A stretch of 64,000 nt of DNA, from the NCBI GenBank assembly GCA_030141605.1, contig JAQGDQ010000474.1, forward strand, positions 110,848 to 174,847, read 5' to 3'. Source of the stretch: Tubiluchus corallicola. Lineage: Eukaryota > Animalia > Priapulida. The notes beneath the pieces are model-generated. The model made no database searches, was not told where the DNA came from, and worked only from the letters and a program-made list of their open reading frames with translations. The position numbers and the translations under genes are program-made. Below, piece after piece: positions 24,701 through 52,839 of this stretch; position 1 is the stretch's first letter, and each line of letters begins with the position of its first letter.

Positions 24701-25334
24701 GGTGCAGTTCACGTGCCCTAACAAGCAAAAACTCCGCCCTCTTATCTTGACTGACCCGGGAAAAATAAAGCGAATACGAGGCATTGCGCACGCTGTTCGT
24801 ATCGCCCCGACTATAGCCAACCGCGTGCTGGACGCGGCTCGCGGAGTGCTCAACAAGTTCGTGCCAGACGTTTACATCTATACAGACCACATGCGCGGAC
24901 AGCAATCAGGGAAATCTCCTGGTTTTGGACTTGCATTGTTTGCTGAGTCAACAGCGGGTGTCTTCCTGGGTGCAGAAATGTCTTCTAGTCCGGCTAGCTC
25001 AGGTTTGCCGCCCACGATCCCGGAGGATTTGGGAAAAGAAACGGCACATTTGTTGTTAGATGAGATATACAACGGCGGCTGCGTGGACTCATCCAATCAG
25101 TTTGTTCCACTTCTATATATGGTACTCGGACAACAGGACGTCTCGAAGATCGTGATGGGACAATTGACGCCGTATACAATAGAGCATCTTCGTCACATTC
25201 GAGATTTTTTCCAAGTCATGTTCAAGATTGAGCCTCGGGGAAAAGATGAGGAGGATCTGCAATTGGGAGGGGAAAAACTCATGCTTACGTGTGTTGGTGC
25301 CGGTTTTAGTCACCTAAGTAAAACTGTCATATGA
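21788..25334 (+). CDS. RCL1: RNA 3'-terminal phosphate cyclase-like protein (18S rRNA processing), 376 aa
   Basis: Exons 21788-21975 (NFLRQRLILATLSGKPVKI), 22637-22820 (EHDCNVERGIGYYMEAL..RGVTNNQ) and 24576-25334 (DPSVD..RGMPPGGGGEV..GKSPGFG..GGCVDS). GT-AG borders; phases sum to 1131 nt. Confidence 0.96.
22957..23326. mobile_element. MITE with 15-bp TIR in RCL1 intron 2
   Basis: AGCCTTTTCACAGTT ... AACTGTGAAAAGGCT. Confidence 0.65.
23990..24470 (+). mobile_element. CR1/L2-group LINE 3' fragment
   Basis: RSFSYYGATLWNELP..FKRLINSWTGASCKCAIC, then a 3'UTR ending AATAAA plus (TATCT)n. Confidence 0.75.
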
Positions 25335-25358
25335 CATTATCGTGTCTCTGAACGTATT

Positions 25359-25931
25359 TGGTGAACTCTGCGTAACTCAGAATCGCTCAAAGAATTTTAG
25401 AGGAACGGATGAAATCCTTCGTTTTTCCCACGAAAAAACATCGCTTAACTCAAAACTTATGACTCAAAGTTTCACCTAACTCACATAAAAAATTATTGTC
25501 CATTTAATCAACATACACGTAATTTACTTTGCTTAACTCAAAACTGCAATTTATACTCTAGAAAAATAAAAAGTTTCGTACAACTCAAAAATCAAAAACA
25601 CTATCGGATTTCTAGAAAAATTCTGGTGTCAAGTCACAACCCCTCCAGTTATTTTTCATAGCTCCACTGCTATGACATTCATAGTTCCACTGTCATGTTG
25701 TTTAAGAGTGTTGTGTAGCTGTCTTTTTGTAACATGAAAAATCATGTTTCGCTACATAATTTGTTATTCTTTGTGTATTTCGTTGTTTATGTATAGAAGG
25801 GTTGACTTTCTGGCTTTGTTTAACTCGCCATCTGGAGGAGGGGTTTAGAATTTCTGTGCCGGAAAATAGTCAACATCGCCTAACTCAAGTTTTTTCGATC
25901 CGGTTGGATTTGAGTTATGCGGAGTTTACTG
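25359..25931. mobile_element. Tc1/mariner-type MITE just downstream of the RCL1 stop codon
   Basis: Imperfect TIR GTGAACTCTGCGTAACTCA / TGAGTTATGCGGAGTTTAC with internal TAACTCA repeats. Confidence 0.65.
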
Positions 25932-27020
25932 TTTGTGGTTCTGCTGTATTTGCGATTTATACTGTCAAACGACATGACAAAAACAGGAAGTGTTTAATTC
26001 TGTTCATAGTGTTTGCACTAGTTCACTGCTAGGTGACACGTGCATCAGATGTGCACGAGTCGCACACAAATACTTTTTTCCTTTCTTCAATGCTGGATAT
26101 AAACTTCTGTTGTGTTTTTTAACCACTGCGAAACTGACTAATGACTATAAGCTCTACCTTGTCTCAAACTCAGGCAGTCAAGTTTAACGTACTGTATATA
26201 CAATGATAGCAAATACAACACTTTACTGACTAAAAAAACTATTTTTCTCTGATGACCATTATCTAGAGTGACATTGGTGCATATTTGCCACAAAATAATT
26301 GATTAGTGCACGAAGGACGTCCGTAAAGCAAAACCGGACCCAAAGTTAAACTGTGTACAAAAACAGGTGCTGTACCTCTCAGTTCAGATGTGTTAGTTTG
26401 TGATGAACTACACAAGTTGAACAGCTTGCGCGTGAGCACAGCTGTAAATTTGAATTTTTATCTTAAAACTTACATAGTGTTAGTGGAACACACTGAATAT
26501 CTTACAGTAGCACAGTACTTCGATTATTGCTGTTGAAAATGTTAGTTTGTGATGTCATCAACAGTTGGGCTCACCCACCATGAATTGTTCTTAATTTATT
26601 ATTTAACTATCAGAAACGCTTTTGCAGTAAAAATTGTGTTAAAACGTATACTTCTTATCGGACGTGAAACTGGGGTTGTATATGAAAAATCACCCTGTCT
26701 TCCTTTAAGGTAAATATAAATGTATGTTGAATCTCAAGAATATATTATTTCGTGTTGCCGTCGTCTCACGGACAAGTCTGCTGCTCAGATTCATCTGTAG
26801 GTTGTGAGAATGTGCTAATTGCAAATAACCTTCTGGCAACCTAGAAGCTGCAAAACAAATCAGTCAAGCCATCTCTGGTCTGGCTAGTTATACTCATAAA
26901 TGCACAATAATGTGATGTTCCATGTCCACAATAATGAAAGACATTTTAGATTTTTACAAAATCCTGTTTTACTATGAAAAATGATAGGTTAAAATGCTCG
27001 AGTTTACAGTATACACGTAT

Positions 27021-27026
27021 TTTATT
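27021..27026 (-). terminator. Candidate polyadenylation signal of SMAD1/5 (about 1.15-kb 3'UTR)
   Basis: AATAAA on the minus strand at the end of a repeat-free stretch downstream of the stop codon. Confidence 0.4.
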
Positions 27027-28177
27027 GAAGTTTGGCAAATGGCCACATAGACATACATTAAAATATTACAGTACACGGATATAATAATTATTAGTACGAC
27101 ATAATTATTATAAACTAAAAAAGCACCACAAAAAATTTGCAAATTCTAGGCGAGTTTAACACACAGTGCATTACTCACCGAGGCCTATAACTTTGACAAC
27201 TCAAGCATAATATAAAGCAAGCAAGTTTAGGAACATTTGCTGTTTTGCGGACAGCACCATGCATCGTGACACGCATACAACTCGAGTTAAACAACACCAC
27301 AGGAGCCTCTGTATGTTCCAATTTAACTACACGATTATTTCAGAAAAATGAATAACACTGATGCAGAAGTTTGAAATGAGCAAAACAGACAAATTCATGA
27401 TTATTGCTAGGTACTTCACCCAAGAGTTTCACTTAAAATTATAGAGCTTTCTTTCAGAAGTAAAGATGTAGATCTACGATCGCAAAACAGCTTTAAACTT
27501 GGAATGGTATGTGAATAGATTAGCAACAAACTAGAAAGAAATGTGTTTAATCACAAATGTTAACCCTTGAAAAACAAATTTTCTTTCTTTTCTGATTGTT
27601 TACTGCCACTCACTGAAAAACTGAGAAAGAGACAATGTTGTAGTCGTCCAAAAAAACTAGTAATGCGCAACATCCGGTTTTTCATCGCAGAAATTCATCT
27701 CTTGTTGTGGCAATTCGTCTTTGGTCAAATCACCACACGGAATAGCTGAATACACCAAGTTTAGGATAAAAGATTCTGCTCCAAGAAGTGAGAAATAGGC
27801 ACTCTAACTTCAGGTAGTCTTGCATAAAAAGCTATTCATACTCCACATGAATTTACTTGCAGTTACACGAATATCAAAGAACGTTTCGGTTGCTTACAAT
27901 TATCATTTATCATAATGTAGATAGAAGTATCTCGTTCAAATGTACAGCAATTAAACTACACTACTACAAGTTGTAAGAAACGATGGCTACGTTTACACTA
28001 ATACTGTACATCAGTAATGCGGATTCTACGATTGTAATAGTCGTGACTAAATAATCTACGAATAAAACTGTTACTATAGTCAACCCTAGTTCACGCAAGA
28101 TTGTGCTGCATGTTGTGTTATACAGTACTATTAGCTCCAGCTTCAAATACACGGATCAGCATCTCCGTCGGTGCGGA

Positions 28178-42074
<13,897 letters not shown>

Positions 42075-43504
42075 TTACAATCTGGAAAAACGAATTAACT
42101 TGTAATTTTGACATAGAATAGAATAAGAATTATTTTTGACCATTCAAGCAATATTTAATTGATGGTCAATGCATGATTACTACATTAAAAATAGACGGTT
42201 TGGTTTATAGTACATAAAGATACAGTAGTATACAGTCAACCCTCGTTAAACCGGACAATGGGGGTGGTCCGATTTAGCCGATTGTCCGATTTATCCGATA
42301 TGCCTATACAAGGTCTATATTATACAGGAATAATCACCTTAATAAGGCCTATATACATTGCACTATATACTATACTGTATATTACTTTAAAATAGTTAAC
42401 CTGTGAGGATAAAGAAATTATTGTACAGTTGGTAGGCCGTGTTGTGTTTAGCGCTCCGGCTCGGACGGAAATCAATAAACTGCATTGAAACTAATGAGTC
42501 ACCTTTCTTACCAAGGTGAAGCTAGTTTGTAAACACACTACTTCACATGCCAAGTTTTTGATGAAAATTCTAAATTCAGTTCAATTCATTTCTTAACCCC
42601 TCAAGTACGATCAAAATACAGAATTAGGAATACATGCAATATTACGTAACAAAAGAGAAGGGCAGCGAAGAACCCGTAGGTTATCTAGTCATCGTTTTCA
42701 ATTTAAATTTGAATTCTGTTGACGTGTGTAATTGGCAATTAACTGATGGGAAATACAATATTGTAGAACATTATAATTGAAATAACCAAAAATTTACAAT
42801 TCTAACATACTGTGAATATGCGATGCAAACAAAATAAAAGTAACTTATGATTTTTAACATAACAGAAAATGGATAATGTGAGCATTAACTAAAAAAATAG
42901 TAGAATGATCAACCAAAGATAGTCATAAAAAGAATATAATAAATTAAACTAAGGAAAAATAAGGTAAATATAAATCATACAAAACAAAACAAGGAAAACA
43001 GAAGCAAATAAGAAAAAAATAAAACTGAAATATTGTAATAATAACATCAATGATTGAAGCAATACACCTTGATAATGGTGTGATCACCTGCATTCTACTT
43101 CCACTGTAGTCTTAATAAAATTGACCATGTTCAACAGGTTATCGAATGCTTCATAATCGTGATCACGGGTTTTTTTAGTTCTCGCTTCAATTCATCTTTC
43201 ATTCAGTACTCCACCAACATCAGTCTATATATTTATCATTATCTCAGTTAATAATCCTTTTTTAAGATTTCCACGTACAGTTTGGCCTGTGAAGCTATGC
43301 TTTTAGTTTCAAACAGTATGCATCAAATTTATTGAGTATTGTAATTTGCATGTGTATATGCTAGCTGCTAAAGAGTCTTTTTACTTGTATTATCTGGATT
43401 ATATTGTATTTGTATTTATTATACTGGATGTATTGTATTTGTATTTACGTTACTTTCTGTCTCTCTGGCTTGCAGGCTGCCCAACTGCAGAGAAAGACAC
43501 ATGT

Positions 43505-43617
43505 AAAACACACACGCACGTACGCACACACACACACACACGCAAGTACGCACACACCCCACACAAGCATGCACACACCACACAAGTTCGCACACACGCG
43601 CACACACACACACACAT
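43505..43617. repeat. Degenerate (CA)n microsatellite
   Basis: CA/CG run. Confidence 0.85.
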
Positions 43618-44575
43618 TGGCAATAATGGGAGGGAAAATCACCCTTTTGTCAATTTTTCTCAGTGGCGGGGGTAACGCATTACGAATGTAACTAGTTCCA
43701 AAGCTACACAATTATGTTGTTGGAGATTTTTTTATAAGAAGGTAGCACATGACTCCTCGCCGAAACAGCGAAGTTATAATATTTACTGCCGTCTACGTTT
43801 TAAATTAAAAAAATACATTTTTTATGACTACGCCAGATAAGCACATGAACATACGAAAAAATGATAAAATTCTCAGCCTGGTGTGCGATAAAAAAAATAT
43901 CACCTGGGCGATTAGTCAGAAACAGAAGTATTTTTTGCTGGCCTAACTTCTTGGTACATTTACTTTTTAAAAGAAATGTAACTGTAACTATCATTTTTTG
44001 ATGACAGAGATTGAACGGCCAACTGTGACAAGTCACTTCTTTGTGAGTATAATGGTAACAAGTTACATAGAATTTCGGTACTGTAATTGCAACAAGCGTT
44101 ACATTTTCAGAAAGTGCACCTGCAACAGCTGCATTAGCGAAGGAACTATCCCAAATCTACCTATCCGGATTGCAATGCAAACCAGTAACTTAGCAGCTAA
44201 GTGAACCATGTTCAGTCGGTGACAATAAAATCGTTTTATTGACCGGCTTTTATAAACCCCATGATGCTTTTATGTCAAAACTGGATTTACTACTCTATAA
44301 TTTCTAACAAAATCAAGTTGAAAAGTTACAAGACCTCGACAGATGTTCGCAAGAATAGCAGTGAGATAATGCAAGGATACAGCTCGCTACATAATCTGCT
44401 TGAAATCATCGATTTTCCGAGCAAAATTCTACTAACATTTAAATAATGACGATCACAGTGATACTAGGAATTTAATTTATGGTTTGTCGGCTGTAAAATG
44501 TGCTTGCTGTTAGCAACACATTCGATAGTGCGGATAAAGATGTAACTACACTTATGGTAGCAGAAGGCGTAAACC

Positions 44576-44951
44576 AGGGGTGTGCAAATTATCTGACTAG
44601 CCGGGCCACATTAAACTTTCCCGCAATTCCTGCGGACCACAGGCAGTTTGGTCAAGGAGCCAAGTACAGAAAGACCTAATAACGATTTTTTGCATCCGAC
44701 CTGCGTACATCATTACTACTGCACTCAAGAAACTGTTTTAGAAGTTATTAAAATTTATATTACAAACCATATATTTCTACTTTCAGGACAGATAGTGGTA
44801 ATTTCATTACAATGCATATTAGTAATGTGTATCACACAGTCTGTGTAGTACAGTGACATTAAGCTACAACTGTCTTGTAAGGATTAATGGCATATGATCT
44901 AGAAGAAAAAACTACCCGCACTATCTTTGGGATCGTGGCACGGACTTCAGC
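44576..44951. mobile_element. hAT MITE (family A), truncated
   Basis: Near-identical to 53366-53736; further fragments at about 35587-35715 and 56971-56990. Confidence 0.8.
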
Positions 44952-47900
44952 TTTTTAGAACAAGACTCTTTTTCGTCAAAGCATTAACACAAAATATTTG
45001 TCAGCCGGATAAAAAGTCCAATTTAAATCTTTCCAAAATCATTTTGCTTTATTTCTTTTTTACCAAGCTGTACTGCAAGGTGGGTGTATTGGTTCAAGAA
45101 AATTAATTCCACACAATAATTACAACACGAAATATTTATAATTACTATTGCAAAACAAGGCCTTTTTACTCAGCTCAAAGAACTGTAAACATTTTCTCGA
45201 GGCAATCATTGGCAAGGTTTATTTAATATGATTGCGGTGGGACTAGAACCTAGCTCATTATCAAGGCTGTACCGGAAGTACGTACAGAATTCCCTTGTTC
45301 CAAATTACTGAGTGTCACGTTACAATCAAATCCTAAAGATACATTAGGCTGGAAGTGATTATTTTTTGGATTCATGGACTGCAGGAATATTGCTGTCTGT
45401 CACATACCATTGTAAAAAAGGTTACTACAACATCATAGAACTAATGCAAGTAGAAATTTATCAGATAATAAGCATGACAAAACAAAACTGAAAGTGCAGA
45501 AACTGTCAGGGTTCATGAACGCTCACAGCGACACTCAGTCTGCATGTGGTGTCAAGCTGCTTCCTAGTGGCAAATAAAGAAAACAATCAGGTCAGGCAGT
45601 TGATGAAAAACATGTGACCGCTGCAGGAAAAACGGCCCTCGTGGCGAGACTTGCTCACAAAGGCAGTTCTGAACACTTGAAATCATATCCTCAGCACACT
45701 AATTCAGTTATTTTCTTGCAGTTTAATCACAAGGCCTACTAACTGCATTGGTTTTTGTTGCTGACACGAATTTACTAATCATCAAAGATAATCGTCTCTA
45801 ATTATTGAACCAGTAAATGTGCTAGCAACACTTAGATGCTTTAGATGCATTCATTTCCTGCTAATGAGTTAAGTAACTAAACAGCAGTATGGCAGATGGA
45901 GTTCTCTAAAAGCAGCTTTCCCTAGGCACTAGGTGGTCACTAGGCACTCATCCACTTACTGATTAAATTCACCATTGCTTAACTTAGATCACTAAGTACC
46001 ACCTAGTATTGTGACAACTCATCCATTTGCACAACCACAACTTATGTCTACAATTCCATCAAATATGTCAGAGTAACTGCAACTTGAGCATCTTAACCAA
46101 GTCTCAATTTTGTTCTAACCAAAACTTTGTACTGCATTAACTAGTTAATATTACACACTCAACAACTTTTGCATCTTTCTGTAACTGAGAACAAGTCCTG
46201 CTGATAAATTTCTTCAATTTAACTAGTAACTCATTAAATAAAAACAACTGTGTTGTAAGTAGTTACACATTTCTTCATGTGCCACGGCAACTTCAACTTT
46301 ACCATTTGTAACTTTCAGAGTTAAAACTCAGAAACCTTGGAAACGGCCATCGCAAAAAATGGAGCGTTTATATCGCAAAATGTACCAAAAAGAATTGTCC
46401 AAAATTATGCTCTTTTTCCTCGATCAGGCCGATAATAAAAATACTTCTGTTTCCATCTAATCGGCCAGGCAATTTTTCTTCAATCGTGCACCCAGCTAGG
46501 AATTTTACAACATTTTTACAACAAGCAGTTATGTGAAAGCACATTTTTTAATTTAAAACATAAAACCCGAAAATTATTATAAGATCCTTCTTTCGGGGAA
46601 CGCACGACACGCTCATGTTTTTCCATGCCTAACTCTTGGCCAGGATTGCCATTTTGTATGATGTTCATTGCACTGGAGGCTAAAAAGTATCAAACAATAC
46701 TAACAAATAAATGAACAAACTTTGATTTCAAATATTTCACGATTCAGCTTTAATCATTCGCGAAGAATTAAAACAACTTTTTTTGAAAATTTTTCCCTCC
46801 CTCTCCCCCCCCCCCCTACTTGACATCGTTTCAGCTCATGAAGTGAGACAGGAACAAATTCTTTCATGGCCAGCCTCGCCTCATACGAAAAAATTTCCAA
46901 AAAGAGCTTAAACACCCCTATATACTGCGCAAGCCATAGAGTATTTTTTCTGAGAAAAATAAGCAATCACACATAAAACTCTGTTTAGTCGAACACATCC
47001 TGTAAAGAAGAAGTTCAAACAACTGAAAAATTTTCGTCATAGTTAACTAACTAAAGAACTAGAGTTTGACAAGAAAAAACTCACATGTTTCTACTTTTGT
47101 TCAGAAAGGCACACGCACGCAGAGTTCTGTAACTCATATGCAGCACAACCTAATAAATAACAGCCAGCCCAGCATCCCGAATCAATCAATATTACTTAAC
47201 CGGGCAGCTGTGAGTCAGCCACATTAAGCTAATAACCCATTAAAGCATCTAACTCAGCATTATGCGTCACGTTCCCCATAGGATAATAGGCTGGGTGCTT
47301 AAAGTATGTTGATTGTTGATGATGAGCAACCAATTGTTTAGTAAACAGTCAGTGGTTAGCAACTACTAGCTACTAAGGCACCTCTACAAAACATTTAAAG
47401 CAAAACTGGATCCAATCTTAAACTGTAGTTCAAAATAACCTATTCTTTAAAATACTGAAAGGAAACATACTATTTTTCAAAGAATGAACTTACGTAAAAC
47501 AATTATTACCACACACACACACACACAAATTCACGTTCACGACACTAGTTCTTCGCTGTTACATGAATCTTGCCATTTGCTAGTTAGAAGGGCACTAGCG
47601 CCTGCATTTCGGAAACGCATTGCACAAAAACAGGTCAGTTATGTTAGTTTGTGACGAACTATACATGTTCGACGGCTCATGCGTGAGAGCAGCGGTAAAT
47701 TTAAAATTTTATCTTAAAACTTGTCTAGTTTTAATACAACACACTGAATCTCTCACAGTAGCCTGCATTTCAATTTTTGCTTTTGCAAGCACGGGCAACA
47801 CGCTTGTGGAATATTTTTGATGTCGAATATTATGTCAGTTTGTGATGTCATCACTAGTTGGGTTTGCCCACCGTTAACTAAATTTTTAATCTATTATTTA

Positions 47901-49239
47901 TTTACTAGAAATACTTTTATAGTATTAATGATGCTAAAATGCATATTTTTTATTGGACTTGAGAATGGGGTAGTATAAAAAAATTATCCTGTCTTCTTTT
48001 GAAAATTTTAAAAATGGGTGCAGCCTGTTTTAAATAACAATGACTTTTTGTCATCATTCTTATCACTATCAGAACAACAGCAATGACATTAACAACAACA
48101 GTAAATGCTGTGGCAACAATAACAGCGGGAGTATAAACAAAAACAACATCTGATCTAGTGATGATGATAGGAAAAATGATAATAACCACGATTACAATTA
48201 TACGAAGTATAAACTCGTCCCAAACTTATTATATATACCATATGCTATTTATAAAGTTGTTGCTTGAAAAGACTCATTAGAAAGGCAATTGAAGAAAATG
48301 TGGTTGCTGCAATAAATAATTTGATCATAACATTATATACGCTAAACACATCAAAATTTCTGCTGTAAATTTTAACTTTTAAATTTTTTCTTTTCACATT
48401 CTTCTACATTTTCTTATTAAATTTGCCAATTTTCATGGCACGGTTAGCTCAACAGTTTAGTGAGCCGATTACCACTAGTGTAGCCAATATTTTCAACATT
48501 GTTACAACAACAACAACTTTGTGAGCCAAGTTTTCTGCGAGAAAATGAAACAGCCGACTTCGAAGGAATTTTTGTAATTTTTGCAAATAAGCAGACTTAA
48601 AAAGTCAATGATTTAGAAAAGTATACTTTTTGATTTATTGCTAATTTAGTTATATAAATTAATATTATAAAATATTTCTTTTTTTAATTTTTACTAAACA
48701 AAGGAATTCAGGCATTACTTTGTTTCTAAAGTTCATTAAAACCTTTGCAGTGCATACTAAGCAGTAACTAACTAATTACATGAATGTTTTAACAAATTTT
48801 GATACCAAACCATTTGATCTCAAGCACCACATTGCTGGGACCTGTGAAATGCAAAATGCTGGGCTGTGAACCGCACAGTTCCGTCAAGTGCTTTGGTTCC
48901 GTACAAGTATAACTCCATCAGAACTGTAAGGGTTTGATGCATTTTGCATGCGTTCATGAAAAACTGTTCTCACTATCCATCAGTTACATTATATTTGATA
49001 ATTTTTGTAGGTTTCTACTCCTCAACAATGGGCTTTCATATAAAATTATATATGAAATGTTTACCTTAGACAAATTAAAAAGTCGAGTTATGAGTTATAA
49101 CAGAAAAATTTGAAAAAGCTTTCAGTAACTGCAGTGTTTGCACTGTACCAAAGTACAGTATCACTTGTGTGAAATCAGCTAATGCAGAAAATGTCAACTA
49201 TCCAGACACAACTCTCTGATAAACTTTGACCTCAAGTCT

Positions 49240-50385
49240 ACATTCCAGATGCACAAGTATCATACACGAATTGCCACTAACCAAATTTTCTATGTACAAA
49301 GATTTAATACCAACAAAGGCCAAAAATCTCTATCTTATCAAGGTGCTTTGTTGTGGAACAGTCTGTCTAATGAACTAAAAAATGGCACCTTTAGCTAATT
49401 GATAATTAACTATAAATCCTTTCTTATTTCTAATTACCATGTGTGACTTTTCTGCTAACATCAAATCTAATAAATCTTCTGTGTTAGTTTTAATGTATTA
49501 CCCTTGAGCTAATCTATTAACTAGAATTATATTATCATAGTGCATCTTCTCATCAAAGTGTAAAATTGTTATTATTGTTTCTTTGCAGCTATGAAAAGGG
49601 AAGGTAAACAATAATCTCCAAACAAATCCAGCAGCTACAACACTTTTTTCTCATACATAATTTTTTATAATTTTGCCTGCTCCACTTACATATTATGCTT
49701 TTCTCACTTCATATATATTCACTTTATTATAATTATTTTGTTCACTGTTTCACAGTTATCATTAGATTTTATTATATTTTTGTGCCATATTGTCTATTTA
49801 GTCACATACTCATATTTCACTACATATTTTGTTTGCTCCATTTTTCTGCACTAGTTCTTGCGTTCCATAGTACTTTATCATTATGCTTAACATAATATGA
49901 TTAACACGGCTGCATATTTTTGTTTCATTATATTTTGTTTGAGTTTTATCATGCATATTTTGTTTCATTCACTGATTTATTATTTAAGTTTTATTTATTT
50001 ATTTTTTTGGTTTGACTTCTTTCTAGTTTGTTTTATGTTTTAATCAGTTAGTTAAATGCTTTACATATTTTGTTAATCATCATTTCATATTTTTCATTTT
50101 ATTTCTTTGTTGCATAGCTTATTTAGTTATTTCGCTTTCATGTTTAATGTATTCCCCCATAAATTCATGTTAACAGCAGCACTACAAATTTTTTACAATC
50201 TACACTAACCTGAGAAGGGTAGCTGACTCGATGACCAATTGGTCTTTCACTACCCTTTCTCCTGCACCCCCTTAACTCTTTCCTTTATGCTTAATTTATC
50301 CTTTTTAATCAATAACTATAACAATAGTAGTCAATTTGTATACTGGTGTAAATGAGGAGATAAATAAAATGTCTATGTTTATGTC
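49240..50385 (+). mobile_element. LINE 3' fragment inserted into a dispersed element
   Basis: Remnant ..ISILSRC/LWNSL-like peptide, long T-rich 3'UTR and AATAAA. It splits the 48836-49240 / 50395-50455 element, which is homologous to about 700-1167. Confidence 0.6.
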
Positions 50386-51146
50386 TAGACTCTAGTCTTT
50401 AAGGAGAAATTCCTGTTGGAAGATGAAACGAACTTAATTTCTCCTTGGCTGATCGGCTGGTTTTTTCCTAAAAAATTTTTATGTATGCCCTAAAACTAAA
50501 AGTGTACATTCATATTTGGTCCAGTAATACAGGTCTGTTCTTCATCAAGAACCGAAGAGTCAAAAACTGTAGTCGCAGTCACTGCCTTAACTCGCGATTT
50601 AAGAAGAGTGAAATAATAACAGAAAATTAAAAGAAAAAAACTGCACATGCTCTCTACAACTGCAGGCAGGTACCACTACACCTAGACACCGTGCCAGATA
50701 ATGTGGGGAATTAAGGATCTACTTTATGAGTTATAGCTATTTGAACAAGTGCTACTTCAAGTTTAAATTCTTACTTCAAATCCTTGCCGACACGTATCAT
50801 AGCATTTGTTTGGTACAGTATTAGACAGCAAATATAGTAAAAACAATACAAAAGCTAAAAACTCTTACTTTTAAAGCTTCAAGCACAATTTAACAAAACA
50901 TTTTTTACGCAAAATAAAACTAAAATTAATGACAGTCCACAGGCCAAATTACTCACTCGTTAATAATATTGCGCGCAAACCGGACTATTTCGTTCTGCCA
51001 TTTATATTTTAGGTATATTGCAAATGTAATACAATTTAAACTGAGCTGTACTTGTACCTTAGGATTTGTAGTAAGATGCCAAAAATGAAATTGAAAACAG
51101 TTGCTGTGTTACTAAATTTTGTTAATCTTGTTTAAGCACTATTTTA

Positions 51147-51223
51147 TTACGTCAAGAACTGGCGCCACTCAGTCGAACATGTAAACAGAACTAATAGTTC
51201 AAAAGTTGGCCACTAGATGTCAC
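51147..51223. promoter_or_regulatory. Putative divergent SMAD1/5-PIK3R4 promoter motif cluster (CRE-like, Smad GC-element, CTCF-like)
   Basis: TTACGTCA 51147-51154; GGCGCCACTCAGTCG 51161-51175; TGGCCACTAGATGTCAC 51207-51223. A minus-strand GTGAGT donor at 50951-50956 could close a SMAD 5'UTR exon. Confidence 0.4.
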
Positions 51224-52839
51224 AAGGAAACATCAACAAAGTCATGTGGAAATTCGTAGAAATCATCAAAATATTATATTGTATGTTCTCAAATGGTCAC
51301 TCGTAGATATTTTTATCAATGCAATTTTACAACTACTCATTATTTCAGCCTTTGGCGTACACGATGCTTTTTGGTCTTTATACCCAGACTTGGTTCCAAA
51401 ATCTGTTACAACTTACACTTAAGTCAGAATTGCAGCAGTAGTCATGGCTTCTAGTTCTAAACTGAAAACTGGACTTAACAAAGGAGTCTAAATGTAGTGT
51501 TATCTTATGTTACATGTATGTTAAGTTTTTGTAGATAGTTTTTCGTGACTCACTACATTTGTTAATAGTACGTTTCGTATTGCGTGAATCCATAATGACA
51601 TCTATTGACAAAATATGAGACATTATAAGATGGTGGCCTTTTAAAATAAATGGTCAGCTGTGGCTTGCAGTCCATACATGCACATAAATTTTTCAAATAA
51701 TCCAGCAATTGCAGCTAATATAATTTGCTGGAGGGCAGCTAATATTGGCTAAAGTTTTACGCTCATATTGCAATATCGTGGTAGGCTATACATTTCGTGA
51801 AATCATCATTATTTAGCCGCGCAGCTGAACGCATTCATGGTAATATCCAATGTGAACTTCACATGCATTACATTTTGGACAGGGTGCTTAAAGCACAAGA
51901 AAACCCTCTTACGTAAAGCTGTAAAAATTCGTCTTGAAATTTTATACCACTTACATACAGCCTTTTTGCATATTAGACTTGCGCCAGCAATATCGCTTCA
52001 TAAAATGTGAATTTAAACTCCCGCAATGACCGTTAGGTGCAGCCATTTTGAAGTCATTTGAAACAAGTTTAGATAACATTGTATAGTTTGAAAAAATAAT
52101 CAGAGGATGAGTAGACCACCCTGGAGGGTGAGTCATCAACATTTTACTAGTTGGTGAAAACGTTTTAAATAATTTATCATTTTTTTCTAGTTACATAAGT
52201 CTTTCAAGGGGTAAGCGAAATTCTAAGTAACATAACTTTGCATGGAAAGTTTTTTTGGGACATAGTTTAACGTTTACCTTTCTTTCCCTGATTTATGTTG
52301 TGCGTATATGGTCATGTTATCACGTGATCGGAACAGTGTCACAGGAAATTTAAAATCAAAACAAACAAAAAATCCTTTCAACGCAAGTGCGATATGTGCG
52401 TAAAATTTCTGTAAAGTAATATAATTTTTTAAGTTAATTTTCCTGAAACCTACTTCGCATACCCATTTTCTTGTCTTCCAAGGCGTGGCTGCATGCGGAA
52501 TCTGTCCATTCACTGTTGGCAATGTCATTACTTTTTTATGCAAAGCCAGGCTGCACAAAAAATGTCACCTAATACGTTACTTGAATTATCGCTTGCTTGA
52601 TCGCACTTAACTTCTTGTCTACTTGATTATGTACAACGCGTAGTTTATTTGAAATCATTGTTTGATATGATAGCCCCAAATAACCTACAATATGTAGCAT
52701 TTTACCACTGTTTTGAGATGCATTTTAATAGATATCAGTATGGTGAAATCATCTTGGTCACGTCAATGTCATGCCTTTTGAAATTGTAAAAAATGTTAAG
52801 TAACTTTTGACATTTTTTGTACTACTATGTCAAACCATG

